Origin: Octopus sinensis
Lineage: Eukaryota
Length of the DNA: 64,000 bases
Assembly: GCF_006345805.1 (NCBI RefSeq)
Contig: NC_043006.1
Coordinates: 22,382,001 to 22,446,000, forward strand
Direction of reading: 5' to 3'
The notes under the pieces were generated by a model, which made no database searches, was not told where the DNA came from, and saw only the letters and a list, made by a program, of their open reading frames with translations. The position numbers and the translations under genes were made by a program. Each line of letters opens with the position of its first letter. The first letter of the stretch is position 1. Positions 12,405-24,232 of this stretch are shown here, in pieces.

Positions 12405-13615
12405 GTGATAGAAAGTGAGAGGAAACTAGCATGAGAGAGATGGGGAGGAGGGGAGAGAGAAGGTGAGAAAGAGAGATGGTGAAAGAGAGTGAGGGGCAGC
12501 GAGCATGAGAGGATAAAGGAGGGGGGAGAGAGAGAGAGAGGGAGAGAGAGAGAGAGGGGAGAGAGAGAGAGAGAGAGAGAGAAAAGAAATGTGAGGAAGG
12601 GGAGGGGCAGCGAGCATGAGAGAAAGAGGAGGGAGGAGGCGAGAGAGAGAGAGAGAAAGAGAAGAAATGGTGAAAGAATGAAAGCAAGTGAGGCAGCGAG
12701 CATGAGAGAAAGAGGGAGGGTAGAGAGAGGGAGAGAGAGAGAGAAGAGAAATGGTGAAAGGAAGTGAGGGGCAGCGAACATGAGAGAAAGAGGGAGGGAG
12801 AGAGAGAAAGGAAAAGACTGTGAGAGAAGCAGCTAGTATACAAGAGAGAGAGAGAGAGAGGAGAGAAAGTGATGAGGGAAACGAGGAGAGAAAGGGGAAG
12901 GAGAGAAGTGGGGAGGATACAAGAAAGAAGTCGGAGTAAGGGGAAAATAGGGGTGATAAAAGATAGGAGAGAAAGAAAGAAAAGGGGAGAGAAAGAGGGG
13001 AGAGTAAACAGGGGAGAAAGAGAGAAGAGAGGGAGGAGGGAAAGAAGGGTGAGAAAGGAAAAAGAGAGGAGAACGAGAAAGAGGGGAGAGAGAAGGGAGA
13101 GAAAGAAAGACAAACTGTTATATGCTGCTAGTATAGAATGAGAGAGAGAGTGAGAGTGAAGGAATAAGGGAGAGTGAGTGAGTGAGTGAGTATGTGTGTG
13201 TGTGTGTATGTGAGACAGAGAGAGAAAGAGTGAGAAAGAGAAAGAGAGAAAGAAAGAGGAGATGAGACACATTAAGAGATGCAAACCATAGGAGGGGGAG
13301 AGAGGGAAAGAGAGAGAGAGGGAGAGAGAGAGGGGATGGAGAGGGAGACGGAGAGTGGGAGAGAGAGGGAGAGAGGGAGAGAGAGAAGGGATGGAGAGGG
13401 AGACGGAGAGTGGGAGAGAGAGGGAGGGAGAGAGAAGGAGAGAGAGGGGGAGAGAGAGGGAGACGGAGAGGGAGACGGAGAGAGGGAGAGAGAGGGAGAG
13501 GGAGAGAGAGAAGGAGAGGGGGGAGAGAGGGGATGGAGAGGTAGACGGAGAGTGGGAGAGAGAGGGAGAGGGAGAGAGAGAAGGGGAGAGAGGGGGAGAG
13601 AGAGGGGGTAGCATG
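12370..13615. repeat. 1.25-kb polypurine (GA/GGA-rich) tract
   Basis: Direct; explains ORFs 12349..13758 and overlapping ones. Confidence 0.95.
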
Positions 13616-13717
13616 AAAGAATGAGGCAGAAGTTGCAGTAAACAGCAAAAGAAAAGAAGAGAGACTTTTATATTCCAGCTCAAAAACATTGTGATATTAA
13701 TATATCTTAAAATATAA

Positions 13718-13752
<35 letters not shown>

Positions 13753-13771
13753 TACCACTTATTGTGGTAAG

Positions 13772-13774
<3 letters not shown>

Positions 13775-13803
<29 letters not shown>

Positions 13804-14830
13804 TGTATGTATGTATGTATGTATGTATGTATGTATGTATGTATGTATGTGTGTATGTATGTATGTATGTGTGTATGTATGTCTGTCTGTCTGTATGTAT
13901 GTATGTATGTATGTGTGTATGTATGTATGTATGTATGTATGTATGTATGTATGTATGTGTGTATGTGTGTGTGTGTATGTATGTATGTATGTATGTGTGT
14001 ATGTATGTATGTATGTATGTATGTGTGTATGTATGTATGTATGTATTTATGTATGTGTTGTATATGTATGTATGTATGTATGTATGTGTGTATGTGTGTG
14101 TGTGTTATGTAGTATGTATGTCTGTGTGTATGTATGTATGTATGTATGTGTGTATGTATGTAGTGTGGTGTATGTATGTATGTATGTATGTATGTATGTA
14201 TGTATGTATGTATGTGTGTATGTATGTCTGTCTGTCTGTCGGTATGTATGTTGTATGTATGTTGTGTGTATGTATGTATGTGTGTATGTGTGTATGTATG
14301 TGTGTATGTATGTATGTAGTATGTGTGTATGTATGTCTGTCTGTTGTCTGTATGTATGTAGTATGTATGTATGTATTATGTATGTATGTATGTATGTAAG
14401 TATGATGTATGTGTGTATGTATGTATGTATGTATGTATGTGTGTATGTATGTATGTGGTGTGTATGTAATGTATGTAGTATGTATGTATGTATGTATGTG
14501 TGTATGTATGTCTGTCTGTCTGTATGTATGTATGTATGTATGTGTTATGTATGTATGTAGTTATATGTTTGTATGTGTGTATGTGTATGTATGTGTGTAT
14601 GTATGTATGTATGTATGTATGTATGTATGTATGTTGTATGTAATGTCTGTCTGTCTGTTGTATGTATGTATGTGTGTATGTATGTATGTATGTATGTGTG
14701 TATGTGTGTATGTATGTGTGTATGTATGTATGTATGTATGTATGTATGTATGTATGTATGTATGTGTGCATGTATGTATGTATGTATGTCTGAATATGTG
14801 TATGTATGAATGTATGTATGTATGTATATA
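13775..14830. repeat. (TATG)n microsatellite, ~1 kb
   Basis: Direct. Confidence 0.98.
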
Positions 14831-14832
14831 TA

Positions 14833-14990
14833 TGGGGGGAATTCACACAAAAAACACAACAGACGAAGACAGGTGATGTAGACAACTAACAGATGTATTA
14901 GTACAATGCTCAGGAAGTGAAAAAGTCTTTAACATTTCGAGTCTACGCTCTTACACAGAAAGGAACACAGAATGAAAGAGTGTGTGACAG
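14833..14990 (-). mobile_element. Penelope pLTR-like fragment carrying a degenerate HHR (14927-14962)
   Basis: Minus strand CTTT-CTGTGTA-A-GAGC gtag ACTC-GAAA-TG-TT-AAAG; homologous to 43993-44150. Confidence 0.6.
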
Positions 14991-15007
14991 AGAGAGAGAG
15001 AGAGAGA

Positions 15008-15290
15008 AGGCACGTGGTGGCCTGGTGGTTAGAGTGTTGCACTCATGATCGCAACATCGTGGTTTTGATTCCCACACTAGTAGTGCATTGTGTTCTTGAG
15101 CAAAACACTTCATTTCACATTGCCCCAGTCCACTCAGCTACAAATTGGTAAACTTACAACAGACTAGCATTCCTTTCAGAGAATATTTTGGCCTACCTGC
15201 CTAGGCCAACAAGGTGGCATTATTTGAATGCTACAACATTGCAGGAAAAGTGCATTGTGATCAGCAATGTATTACAACATCTGATAGTCT
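15008..15290 (+). mobile_element. SINE with family E head and C3-type tail
   Basis: Head GGTGGCCTGGTGGTTAGAG, central TTCTTGAGCAAAACACTT, tail GCATTGTGATCAGCAATGT...ACATCTGATAGTCT shared with 47971-48275. Confidence 0.7.
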
Positions 15291-15394
15291 AATCCTGTGG
15301 TTCTGAAACAGGGTCCATATAACACTTGGTGGGGTCCATATATGATTTTGTTGTTAAAGTTTATGTGCAATAAATTTGTTATACTTCTACAATA

Positions 15395-15567
15395 GGCACA
15401 GATGTGGCTGTGTGGTAAGAAGCTTGCTTCCCAACTACATGGTTCCGGGTTCAATCCTACAGTGTGGCACCTTGGGCAAGTGTCTTCTATTGTAGCTTTG
15501 GGCCAACCTTATGAGTGGATTTGGTAGATGGAAACTGAATGTAGCCCATCGTATAAATATATATATA

Positions 15568-15604
<37 letters not shown>

Positions 15605-15810
15605 TCGTGTGTTTGTTCCTCTACCATCACTTGTCAACCAATGTTGGTGTGATCATGCCCCGTAGCTCAACAGTTTGGCAATAAAGACTGATAGAATAAG
15701 TACCAGGCTTACAAAGAATAAGTCTTGGGGTCGATTTGTTCACCTAAAGGCAGTGTTCCAGCATGGCCACAGCCAAATGACTGAAACAAGTTAAAGAATA
15801 AAAGAATAGA
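15395..15810 (+). mobile_element. SINE family B
   Basis: Full-length, nested in the hAT MITE. Confidence 0.9.
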
Positions 15811-15896
15811 ATACACAAAATATTTTAATAATTTTTGTATACAATTCCTAATAATATTCAGTTAGAGAAATACTTTAGGATGATTCTTTTTATATA

Positions 15897-16578
15897 TAGT
15901 GACCGAGACCTTTGGAAATATGCTGTGCTTGAGAAGACCCAGCAAGCCAAGAGGGACCATAACCTGTGGCCTATGTCAGTGGTGTAACCAGCCTACTTAT
16001 GCATACCTTTCTTTCATTGGATACTAATCTCTGCTTGCGAAGACCTGTTGAGAAGTGAAATCACAATCAAAATCAAATTCGCTGACATGGCCGATGACAG
16101 CACCACCTGACTGGCACCCATGCCAGTAGAACATTAAAGCACCATCCAAGCGTGATAGTTGCCAGGGCTGCTGACTGGCTCCTGTGCCGGTGGTATATAA
16201 AAAGCACCATTCGAGCGTGATCGTTACCATCGTTGCCTTACTGGCACTTGTGCCGGTGGAACGTGGAAAGCAACATTCAAATGAGGTTGTTGCCAGTGCC
16301 GCTGGACTGGCTCTTGTGCAGGTGGCACATAAGAAACACCATTTGAGCGTGGCCATCGCCAATACTGCCTGACTGGCCCTCGTGCTGGTGGCATGCAAAA
16401 GCACCCACTACACTCTCAGAGTGGTTGGCATTAGGAAGGGCATCCAGCTGTAGAAATTCTGCCAGATCAGATTGGAGCCAGGTGCAGACATCTGGCTCGC
16501 CAGTCCTCAGTCAAACCATCCAACCCTTGCCAGCATGGAAAGTGGATGTTAAATGATGATGGTGACGATGATGATGAT
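15897..16578 (+). mobile_element. RTE LINE (family D): ORF end plus long 3' UTR
   Basis: Starts DRDLWKYAVLEKT (cf. 49085-49862); UTR with 64-66-bp tandem units; (GAT)n tail. Confidence 0.88.
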
Positions 16579-16734
16579 ACATTAAATGGCTGTGTAGGTC
16601 CATTTGAGTAAAATAGAAATCAAAAGGGATCCAAAGGTAAAAAAATAGTTGAGAAACACTGGTCAGGTCAAAACAACGATACAGTGAATATATATTTATA
16701 GTCTATTTTATTCTCTTTCTAGAATATCTACTTA

Positions 16735-17062
16735 GTTCAGTCATTTTCACTGTGGTCATGCTGGAGCACCACCTTAAAGGGTTTAAGCCTAGTACTTATT
16801 CTAATGGTTTCTTTCTTGCTGAACCACTAAGTTATGGGGATGTAAACACACCAACATCGGTTGTCAAAGTGATGGTGGGGAGACAAGCACAAACACAACG
16901 ACACACCTACATAGATATATACGTATATATGTATGCAATGGGCGTCTTTCAGTTTCCATCTACCAAATCCAGTCATAAGGCTTCGGTCAGCCCAAGGTTA
17001 TAGTAGAAGACATTTGCTTAAGGTACTGCACAGTGGGACTGGAGCTGGTACCACGTGGTTGG
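16735..17062 (-). mobile_element. SINE family B (diverged)
   Basis: Head, core and tail recognisable. Confidence 0.85.
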
Positions 17063-17164
17063 GAAGCAAGCTTCTTACCACACAGTCATGCCCGCACCTA
17101 TAAAAATGATGCTTTCGCTTGTCCAGGATGTACAATATGCACAATTATTTTTGATATCTCTCTC

Positions 17165-17625
17165 TTTTCTCTTTTACTCTTTTACTTGTTTCAGTCATTT
17201 GACTGCGGCCATGCTGGAGCACCGCCTTTAGTCGAGCAAATCGACCCCTGGACTTATTCTTTGTAAGCCCAGTACTTATTCTATCGGTCTCTTTTTGCCG
17301 AACCGCTAAGTGACGGTTACATAAACATACCAGCATCAGTTGTCAAGCAATGCTAGGGGGACAAACACAGACACACAAACACACAGATATACATATATAT
17401 ACATATATACGACGGGCTTCTTTCAGTTTCCGTCTACCAAATCCACTCACAAGGCATTGGTCGGCCCGGGGCTATAGCAGAAGACACTTGCTCAAGATGC
17501 CACGCAGTGGGACTGAACCCGGGGTTATAGCAGAAGACACTTGCCCAAGATGCCATGCAGTGGGACTGAACCTGGAACCATGTGGTTGGTTAGCAAGCTA
17601 CTTACCACACAGCCACTCCCGCGCC
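17165..17625 (-). mobile_element. SINE family B with internal ~55-bp duplication
   Basis: TATAGCAGAAGACACTTG...GGGACTGAACC occurs twice. Confidence 0.9.
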
Positions 17626-17955
17626 ATTGGTTGTCAAAGTGATGGTGGGGAGAGGAGACAAGCACAAACACAACATATCATTCATAAATTGAAAAAAGTG
17701 AATAAATATTTGAAGACTCTTCCTCAATGTACACACACGAAGTGAAATGCTGTGACCGTATTGTCAACAAGAGGATATGAGAACTGTGTAAGCTGGGTGA
17801 ATTAATTCCTCAATATGTTGAAAATATGAAAAATAAACATTTTGGTTTCGGTTGGCAATGCTTGTTACAGCATTTGGAAAAGAAGAGGAAAAAAGAGAAA
17901 CTGTAAAATAGAGAGAAAAGAAGCAAAACAAAATGAATAAAAGATGTTGACAAAC

Positions 17956-18027
17956 CTTTATCAGATGTGTCTTCAACTACAATGAAATAAAAATATCGAT
18001 GTTCACCAAAACCATATTCCTTCAAAG
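17956..18027 (-). CDS. Candidate 72-bp internal coding exon of an unidentified host gene
   Basis: Acceptor CATTTTATCTTTTCAG, donor AAG|GTTTGT; only one open frame, (A)LKEYGFGEHRYFYFIVVEDTSDK(G); not repeat-derived. Confidence 0.4.
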
Positions 18028-18085
18028 CTGAAAAGATAAAATGATTGAACGATTCAGTTTGCAGACTCTGGATAGTAAATACACA

Positions 18086-18116
<31 letters not shown>

Positions 18117-18584
18117 CTGCATGCATGGGTGTGTGTGTGAGGGAGACTCCGTGAGAGAAAGAAAGAGAATTTACCTTTAGCATGAAGTCTAAATATTTTT
18201 AAGAGTGGTACATGTTGGAATGATTCGACTCCAATATATTACTGGTACAAAACATAGTGAAAGTATACACACATAACATGGCTGCAGACTATATACAACA
18301 GACAATACTGAAAGACAGTACATACATTAGACAAAGTGGCAGTATATACACTATACAACATGATTGTATTTACACCAAAGAAATAGGCCAACATTATACA
18401 GTGCAGTATATGCACCATATATATAGCAACAGACAGTATATGAATTACACACAGTATATAATATTAGTCATTGTGTTGTCACAGAATATGTGTTAGATGT
18501 AGTGAGAATATATACAGTAGACAATGGCAAGAATATATACACTGAAAAATAAGTATTAGTAAAAAGAGTAAAGACTCAATTTGG

Positions 18585-18900
18585 TCATAAATGACAATGG
18601 GATTGCACCTAGAAAGTACCCCTTCGAGGCACAAGTCTGGGCAAGGTTGTTTATGGAAGACGAGCAGTTGCCCATGCATGCCAGCCTCCCTTCTCCATGC
18701 CACCAGTGTTATCCAAAAGAAAGGCAGATACAGCATGGCAGCAGTGATGTCGCAAATCATTTCTACAGCTGAGTTAACTGGAGTAATGTGAAAGAAAGGG
18801 TCTTACACAAGAACACAGCTCAGACCCAGTCCAGGAATCGGACTCACTAGTTCATGTTTGTGAACCTGACACTCTAACCACTGAGCTATATGCCATCACA
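18585..18900 (-). mobile_element. tRNA-derived SINE family E
   Basis: Matches 23385-23720 and 31330-31642. Confidence 0.85.
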
Positions 18901-18924
18901 AGTAGTAGTACATGATTGATATAT

Positions 18925-19310
18925 GGGAAGCACTCCGTCGGTTATGACGACGAGGCTTCCGGTTGATCCGAATCAACGGAACAGCCTGCTTGTAAAATTA
19001 ACGTGTAAGTGGCTGAGCACTCCACAGACACATGTACCCTTAACGTAGTTCTCGGGGATATTCAGCGTGACACAGAGAGTGACAAGGCCGGCCCTTTGAA
19101 ATACAGGTACAACAGAAACAGGAAGTAAGAGTGAGAGAAAGTTGTGATGAAAGAGTACAGCAGGGATCACCACCATCCCCTGCCGGAGCCTCGTGGAGCT
19201 TTTAGGTGTTTTCGCTCAATAAACACTCACAACGCCCGGTCTGGGAATCGAAACCGCGATCCTATGACCGCGAGTCCGTTGCCCTAACCACTGGGCCATT
19301 GCGCCTCCAC
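18925..19310 (-). mobile_element. SINE family C with C2 tail
   Basis: C head plus body GAGTGCTCAGCCACTTACACG...GACGGAGTGCTTCCC. Confidence 0.9.
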
Positions 19311-19544
19311 GATTGATATATAAACTGAAGCCAGAAAAAAAATCACGGCTGTCATTTGCAAGCAAGTATAACTAGGCAGTATGTACAGTGGCATAGCTAA
19401 TGGGAGAAGAAAGGGAGCGACTGCTCTCCATAAGCACATCTTCCAAGACTGACACCTTTTGAAAAGGTTTTTAACGCTTTAGTTCACTTTTTTTTTTTTA
19501 TCAACATCAAATAAAAATCAAATGGAAATTTTAGTTGTGATACC

Positions 19545-20042
19545 TGTGCCGGTGGCACGTAAAATGCACCATAGCCGCTGCCAGCACTGCTTTAACTGGT
19601 TTCTGTGCCGGTGGCATGTAAAGAGCACTCACTACACTCATGGAGTAGTTGGCATTAGGAATGGTATCCAGCTGTAGAAACACTGCCAGATCAGACTGGA
19701 GTCCGGTGCAGCCTCCTGGCTTTCCAGACCCTGGTCAAACCTATTTCTTTATTACCCACAAGGGGCTAAACACAGAGGGGACAAACAAGGACAGACATAG
19801 GTATTAAGTCGATTACATCGACCCCAGTGCATAACTGGTACTTAATTTATCGACCCCGAAAGGATGAAAGGCAAAGTCGACCTCGGCGGAATTTGAACTC
19901 ACAACGTAACGCAGATGAAATACTGCTAAGCATTTCGCCCGGCATGCTAATGTTTCTGCCAGCTCGCTGCCTTTGACCCTGGTCAAACCGTCCAACCCAT
20001 GCTAGCATGGAAAACGGGCGTTAAATGATGATGATGATGATG
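19545..20042 (+). mobile_element. RTE family D 3' end, interrupted by A1
   Basis: Tandem units, GGCATTAGGAA motif, (GAT)n tail. Confidence 0.85.
19742..19974 (-). mobile_element. SINE A1
   Basis: 15-bp TSD GACCCTGGTCAAACC (19727-19741 and 19975-19989). Confidence 0.93.
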
Positions 20043-20124
20043 TGTGAAAAATGTTGAATCTTTTTTTTTTTTAATCACATGTCCTTGGAAGAACTTTCTG
20101 GAGTCATTACAGTATTTGACAAAC

Positions 20125-20183
20125 CCTCTGTGTTTTTGAACTGTCTGATCAATCTATTGTGATGTGTTAATGGCTGCTGACAT
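20125..20183 (-). CDS. Candidate 59-bp coding exon
   Basis: Acceptor GTTTATTTTGGTTCTTCAG, donor AGG|GTTTGT; single open frame CQQPLTHHNRLIRQFKNTE; phases fit the neighbouring candidates. Confidence 0.3.
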
Positions 20184-20669
20184 CTGAAGAACCAAAATAA
20201 ACCTCTCAACGTCATAACCTCTCAACACTAGACAATCGTGTGGAATTTCATCTTTTTCTCATCAAACCTATATCAATAGTTGTTAGTTTCATACATAATG
20301 ACATTGTTACTAAAGCATGAAATTAACGAATGTAGAATACAGTTATGTATATTTCTCTGTATCATTGCTATCCAGTAGCCCCCACCCACTCTATATACTA
20401 AGGCTTTTACTATTCACTTTGCCCTCCCTACTCTCTAATCATGCTTCTTTGACAATATCCTGCCACTTATATTATGACCTTCGAACCTCAAGGGTATGCC
20501 CTGGCATTTGGCACCATCTGTATCTCTCTGCTTTTACTCGACCATCCCATTTATATTCTGATCCCTGACCTTTGTGAGTATGCCCAGTACTTTGCCACCA
20601 TCTCTATCCTACTGTCTTTCTCTCCCTCTCTCTCTCTCTCTCTCTCTTTTGTCTCTCTCTCTCTCTTTG

Positions 20670-20701
<32 letters not shown>

Positions 20702-21589
20702 CTCTCTCTCCAGCTGGGTAACCTTGTACCGCCTCTACAGCAAGACACACGTTTCTGTCTCTCTGTCTCACTATAACCTTTCTTCATCTAACACAAGATC
20801 ACCTCCTCCAATGCCCCTCCCCTCTTAAAAGATTTTTGTCTTGCAAGTTACTTGGTGACCCTGTCAGTGCAGGTGCCACTTAAAAAAGCATCCAGTCCAC
20901 ATTTGGAAGGGCATTCAGCTGTAAAAACTTTGTCAAAACTGACCTCGCCTGTTCTTGTGCCATGTAAAAAAGCACTGCTGGGTGGTTGGTGTTAGAAAGG
21001 GCATCCAGCTGTAAAAATCTTGCCAAAACAGTGAGAGAAGCCTGGTGCAAGCTTCTACCTGGCTTCTACCTAATATTTCCTTATAACTGGACTTGTTTCT
21101 GCAGAAAATTGGAAATAAAAGACATGACTTTCATAATGGCAGGAGTTGTTTACAACAGTCACATGAGGTTCAGACAAGGAGTCAATAACACACCACACAC
21201 ACACACACACACACACACACATGCACGCATACACACACATGCACATATATACATTCACACACACACACGCGCACTTACACATACATGCATATATATACAT
21301 TCACACACACGCACACACATATATATATACACACATACCTGTGTGTGTGTGCGTGTTTGTACATATACAATGAGCTTTTTTTCAGTTTTCTGTCTATCGA
21401 ATCTCCTCACAGGGTTTTGACCAATCTGGGAATACAGTAGCAAACATGTGCCCAAGGTGCAATGTTATGGGACTGAACCTGAAACCACATGATTGGGAAG
21501 CAAACATTTTAACCACACAGCCATCCTTGCACACCTATATGAAGTAAAATTCACAGAACTCAATGTACTGCATAAATACTGAAGTAAAA

Positions 21590-21718
21590 CCAACCACATT
21601 GGATTTGAACCTAATACCTATAAGCTAGTAACCCATGGTAGATTTAAACCTACAACCTGCAAACTAGTAATCCACTGTGGATTTGAACTGAGAACCTTTA
21701 AGCTAGAAATCCACTGTG
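21590..21718 (-). repeat. ~39-bp tandem repeat (x3) containing a B-box-like motif
   Basis: Units GGATTTGAAC...GCTAG.AATCCACTGT; the minus strand reads ...GTTCAAATCC. Confidence 0.7.
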
Positions 21719-21899
21719 ATGATCATACAGTCATATGACTTCAACCATTAAATATTCATAGATTCCTATTTCCATTAACATTCATGTATGCTAATGTATG
21801 TTAGCATACATTAACATATATTAATACATTCTTCTATCATCAGCAAAACATCTACAGAGATATCAGTCAATGCCTGACATTCCAACCCTGTCTTCTCAC

Positions 21900-21951
21900 C
21901 TATAGCTCTGTCTTGGCTTATAATAATTGTACAGATATGTTATAACTGTTC
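21900..21951 (-). CDS. Candidate 52-bp coding exon
   Basis: Acceptor ATGTTCACCTTAG, donor TAG|GTGAGA; single open frame TVITYLYNYYKPRQSY. Confidence 0.3.
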
Positions 21952-22048
21952 CTAAGGTGAACATTTAATGAAGGTGGTAAAAAGAACTATCTTCTTCATT
22001 GGTTGCAATTAATCTAGGTTGGAATTAATCTCACTTCTGTATTTTCTA

Positions 22049-22126
<78 letters not shown>

Positions 22127-22146
22127 TTCTCCCATTCTCTGTCTAT

Positions 22147-22206
<60 letters not shown>

Positions 22207-22208
<2 letters not shown>

Positions 22209-22397
22209 CAGCAAGCTGGCAGAAATGTTAGCACGCCGGGTGAAGTGCGTAGCCGTATTTCGCCTGCCGCTACGTTCTGGGTTCAAATTCCGCCAAGGTC
22301 GACTTTGCCTTTCATCCATTTGGGGTCGATAAATCAAGTACCAGTTACGCACTGGGGTCGATGTAATCGACTTAATCCCTTTGTCCTTGTTTGTCCC
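22207..22397 (+). mobile_element. SINE A1, 3'-truncated
   Basis: Head and body; abuts the HHR-bearing SINE. Confidence 0.9.
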
Positions 22398-22434
22398 CTA
22401 ACTCCAAGATACCAAGTTTGATTCTAGGCAGTGA

Positions 22435-22493
<59 letters not shown>

Positions 22494-22675
22494 CAGTGAA
22501 AAATGCCTTATGAATGAGAACCCAGGTTCGAAATTTCCCCAAGGACACCTGATGAAGGCTGGAGGGTAAATCAGCCAAAACGTGTTAACAACAAACAAGA
22601 TGAGGACAAATATCCATCAAATGTAAATAATGTAAATAATGTACATAATTCCTCATCTCTTAAATACAGAACTGT
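22398..22675 (+). mobile_element. tRNA-headed SINE carrying a hammerhead (copy 1, 5'-truncated)
   Basis: tRNA 3' half CTAACTCCAAGATACCAAGTTTGATTC, (AAT)n, HHR, (ATGTAAATA)n; colinear with 40322-41015. Confidence 0.8.
22544..22586 (+). ncRNA. Minimal type I hammerhead (mutated)
   Basis: GACAC-CTGATGA-A-GGCTG(10-nt loop)CAGCC-AAAA-CGT-GTT; G12A and a 3-nt deletion near the cleavage site. Confidence 0.7.
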
Positions 22676-22754
22676 ATATTCTTTATATTTAAATACTGAG
22701 ATTTCTGGTGCATTGCTGTACTCAAGAAAACCTGTCTACCACAGCAGAATTGAT

Positions 22755-22980
22755 ACCTGTGCTGGTGTCATGTAAAAAACACTTGTGTTGGTATCACATT
22801 AAAGCATCCACTACACTCTTTGAGTAGTTGGCATTAGGAAGGGCATCCAGCCATAGAAACTATGCCAGAACAGACAACAGAGCCTAGTGCAGCCCCTGGC
22901 TTTAACAGCTCCAGTTAAATCCTCCAACCCATGCCAGCATAGAAAAGATGATGTTAAATGATAATTATGATAATGATGAA
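22755..22980 (+). mobile_element. RTE family D 3' end
   Basis: GGCATTAGGAAGGGCATCCAGCC...GTTAAATGAT. Confidence 0.8.
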
Positions 22981-23384
22981 CTGTATAAAAATATTGTTAA
23001 AATATATTGTGGATTGGAGATGTATAACCAGCTCATTGCACATAAATTTCAGCAGCAAAATCTTTTATAGACCCCCCCAAGGTCCATATGGACCCCTTTT
23101 GGGAAACACTGGGTGAGACCAATATAGTCCACTGCTTCTCAGTGGTAAGAATGGGTCTGTATAGGGCTAGCTGCCCACTAAGAAAAACAACAAAGTTACA
23201 GAAGCATCAATGGCAATTCAAGACCCACAAGAATTTGGTGAGGAATGCCTTTCCTCACATCAAAAGTGAGAACAGTGGAGAAATGTTTTCAATGGCCGAT
23301 GCTTCAGAAAAAGTGAAGGATTTAAAGTAAAGTAAGTGCTACTCAGTCATGGCTTGTTATACTTTGTACATATATATTTAAAGT

Positions 23385-23720
23385 GAAGGCACATGGCTCT
23401 ATGGTTAGAACATTGAGAGCTCACAATCATGAGGTAGTGAGCTTGATTCCCAGACAGGGCTGTGTGTTGTGTTCTTTAAGCAAGACACTTTATTTCACGT
23501 TGCTCCAGTTCACTCAGCTGTAGAAATGAGTTGCAATATCACTGGTGCCGAGCCGTATTGGCTTTTGCCTTTCCTTTAGATAACACCAATGATGTGGAGA
23601 GAGGAGGCTGGTATGCATGGATGACTGCTAGTGTTCCATAAACAACTTTGCTCAGACTTGTGTTTCAGAGGGTAACTTTCTAGGTGCAATCTCATGGTCA
23701 TTTGTGACAGAAAGTGGGTT
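23385..23720 (+). mobile_element. SINE family E
   Basis: Head GGCACATGGCTCTATGGTTAG, central TTAAGCAAGACACTTT domain, E tail. Confidence 0.87.
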
Positions 23721-23809
23721 TTTACCTTATATTTAAAGCAGAGAAATCTAGTATTACTTATTTAATACTCTGACATTTTCAGTGAAAAACTCAGAGGTTA
23801 AGTACAACT

Positions 23810-24021
23810 CTCTCTCTTTTACTCTTTTACTTGTTTCAGTCATTTGACTGCGGCCATGCTGGAGCACCGCCTTTAGTCGAGCAAATCAACCTCGGGACTT
23901 ATTCTTTGTAAGCCCAGTACTTATTCTATCGGTCTCTTTTGCCGAACCGCTAAGTGACGGTGACGTAAACACACCAGCATCGGTTGTCAAGCAATGCTAG
24001 GGGGACAAACACAGACACACA

Positions 24022-24071
<50 letters not shown>

Positions 24072-24232
24072 CAGGCTTCTTTCAGTTTCCGTCTACCAAA
24101 TCCACTCACAAGGCATTGGTCGGCCCGGGGGTTTAGCAGAAGACACTTGCCCAAGATGCCACGCAGTGGGACTGAACCCGGAACCATGTGGCTGGTTAGC
24201 AAGCTACTTACCACACAGCCACTCCTGTGCCT
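23810..24232 (-). mobile_element. SINE family B (young subfamily)
   Basis: Near-identical to 41085, 50590 and 25066. Confidence 0.93.

Larger units (their letters stand above)
15295..16661. mobile_element. hAT-type MITE (same family as 11112) split by two insertions
   Basis: Ends CTGTGGTTCTGAAAC and GTTGAGAAACACTG; internal sequence matches 11112-11413 once the B and RTE inserts are removed. Confidence 0.75.

Noticed and set aside
12349-14885. Long ORFs (469 aa, 261 aa and others)
   Set aside because: They are translations of GA and TATG microsatellites that lack stop codons; the same applies to ORFs at 2.2k, 6.2k, 30.1k, 38.7k and 61.6k.
16040-16065. CTGTTGA...GTGAAAT in the RTE-D 3' UTR
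   Set aside because: No pairing for stem II or stem I, so it is not a hammerhead.
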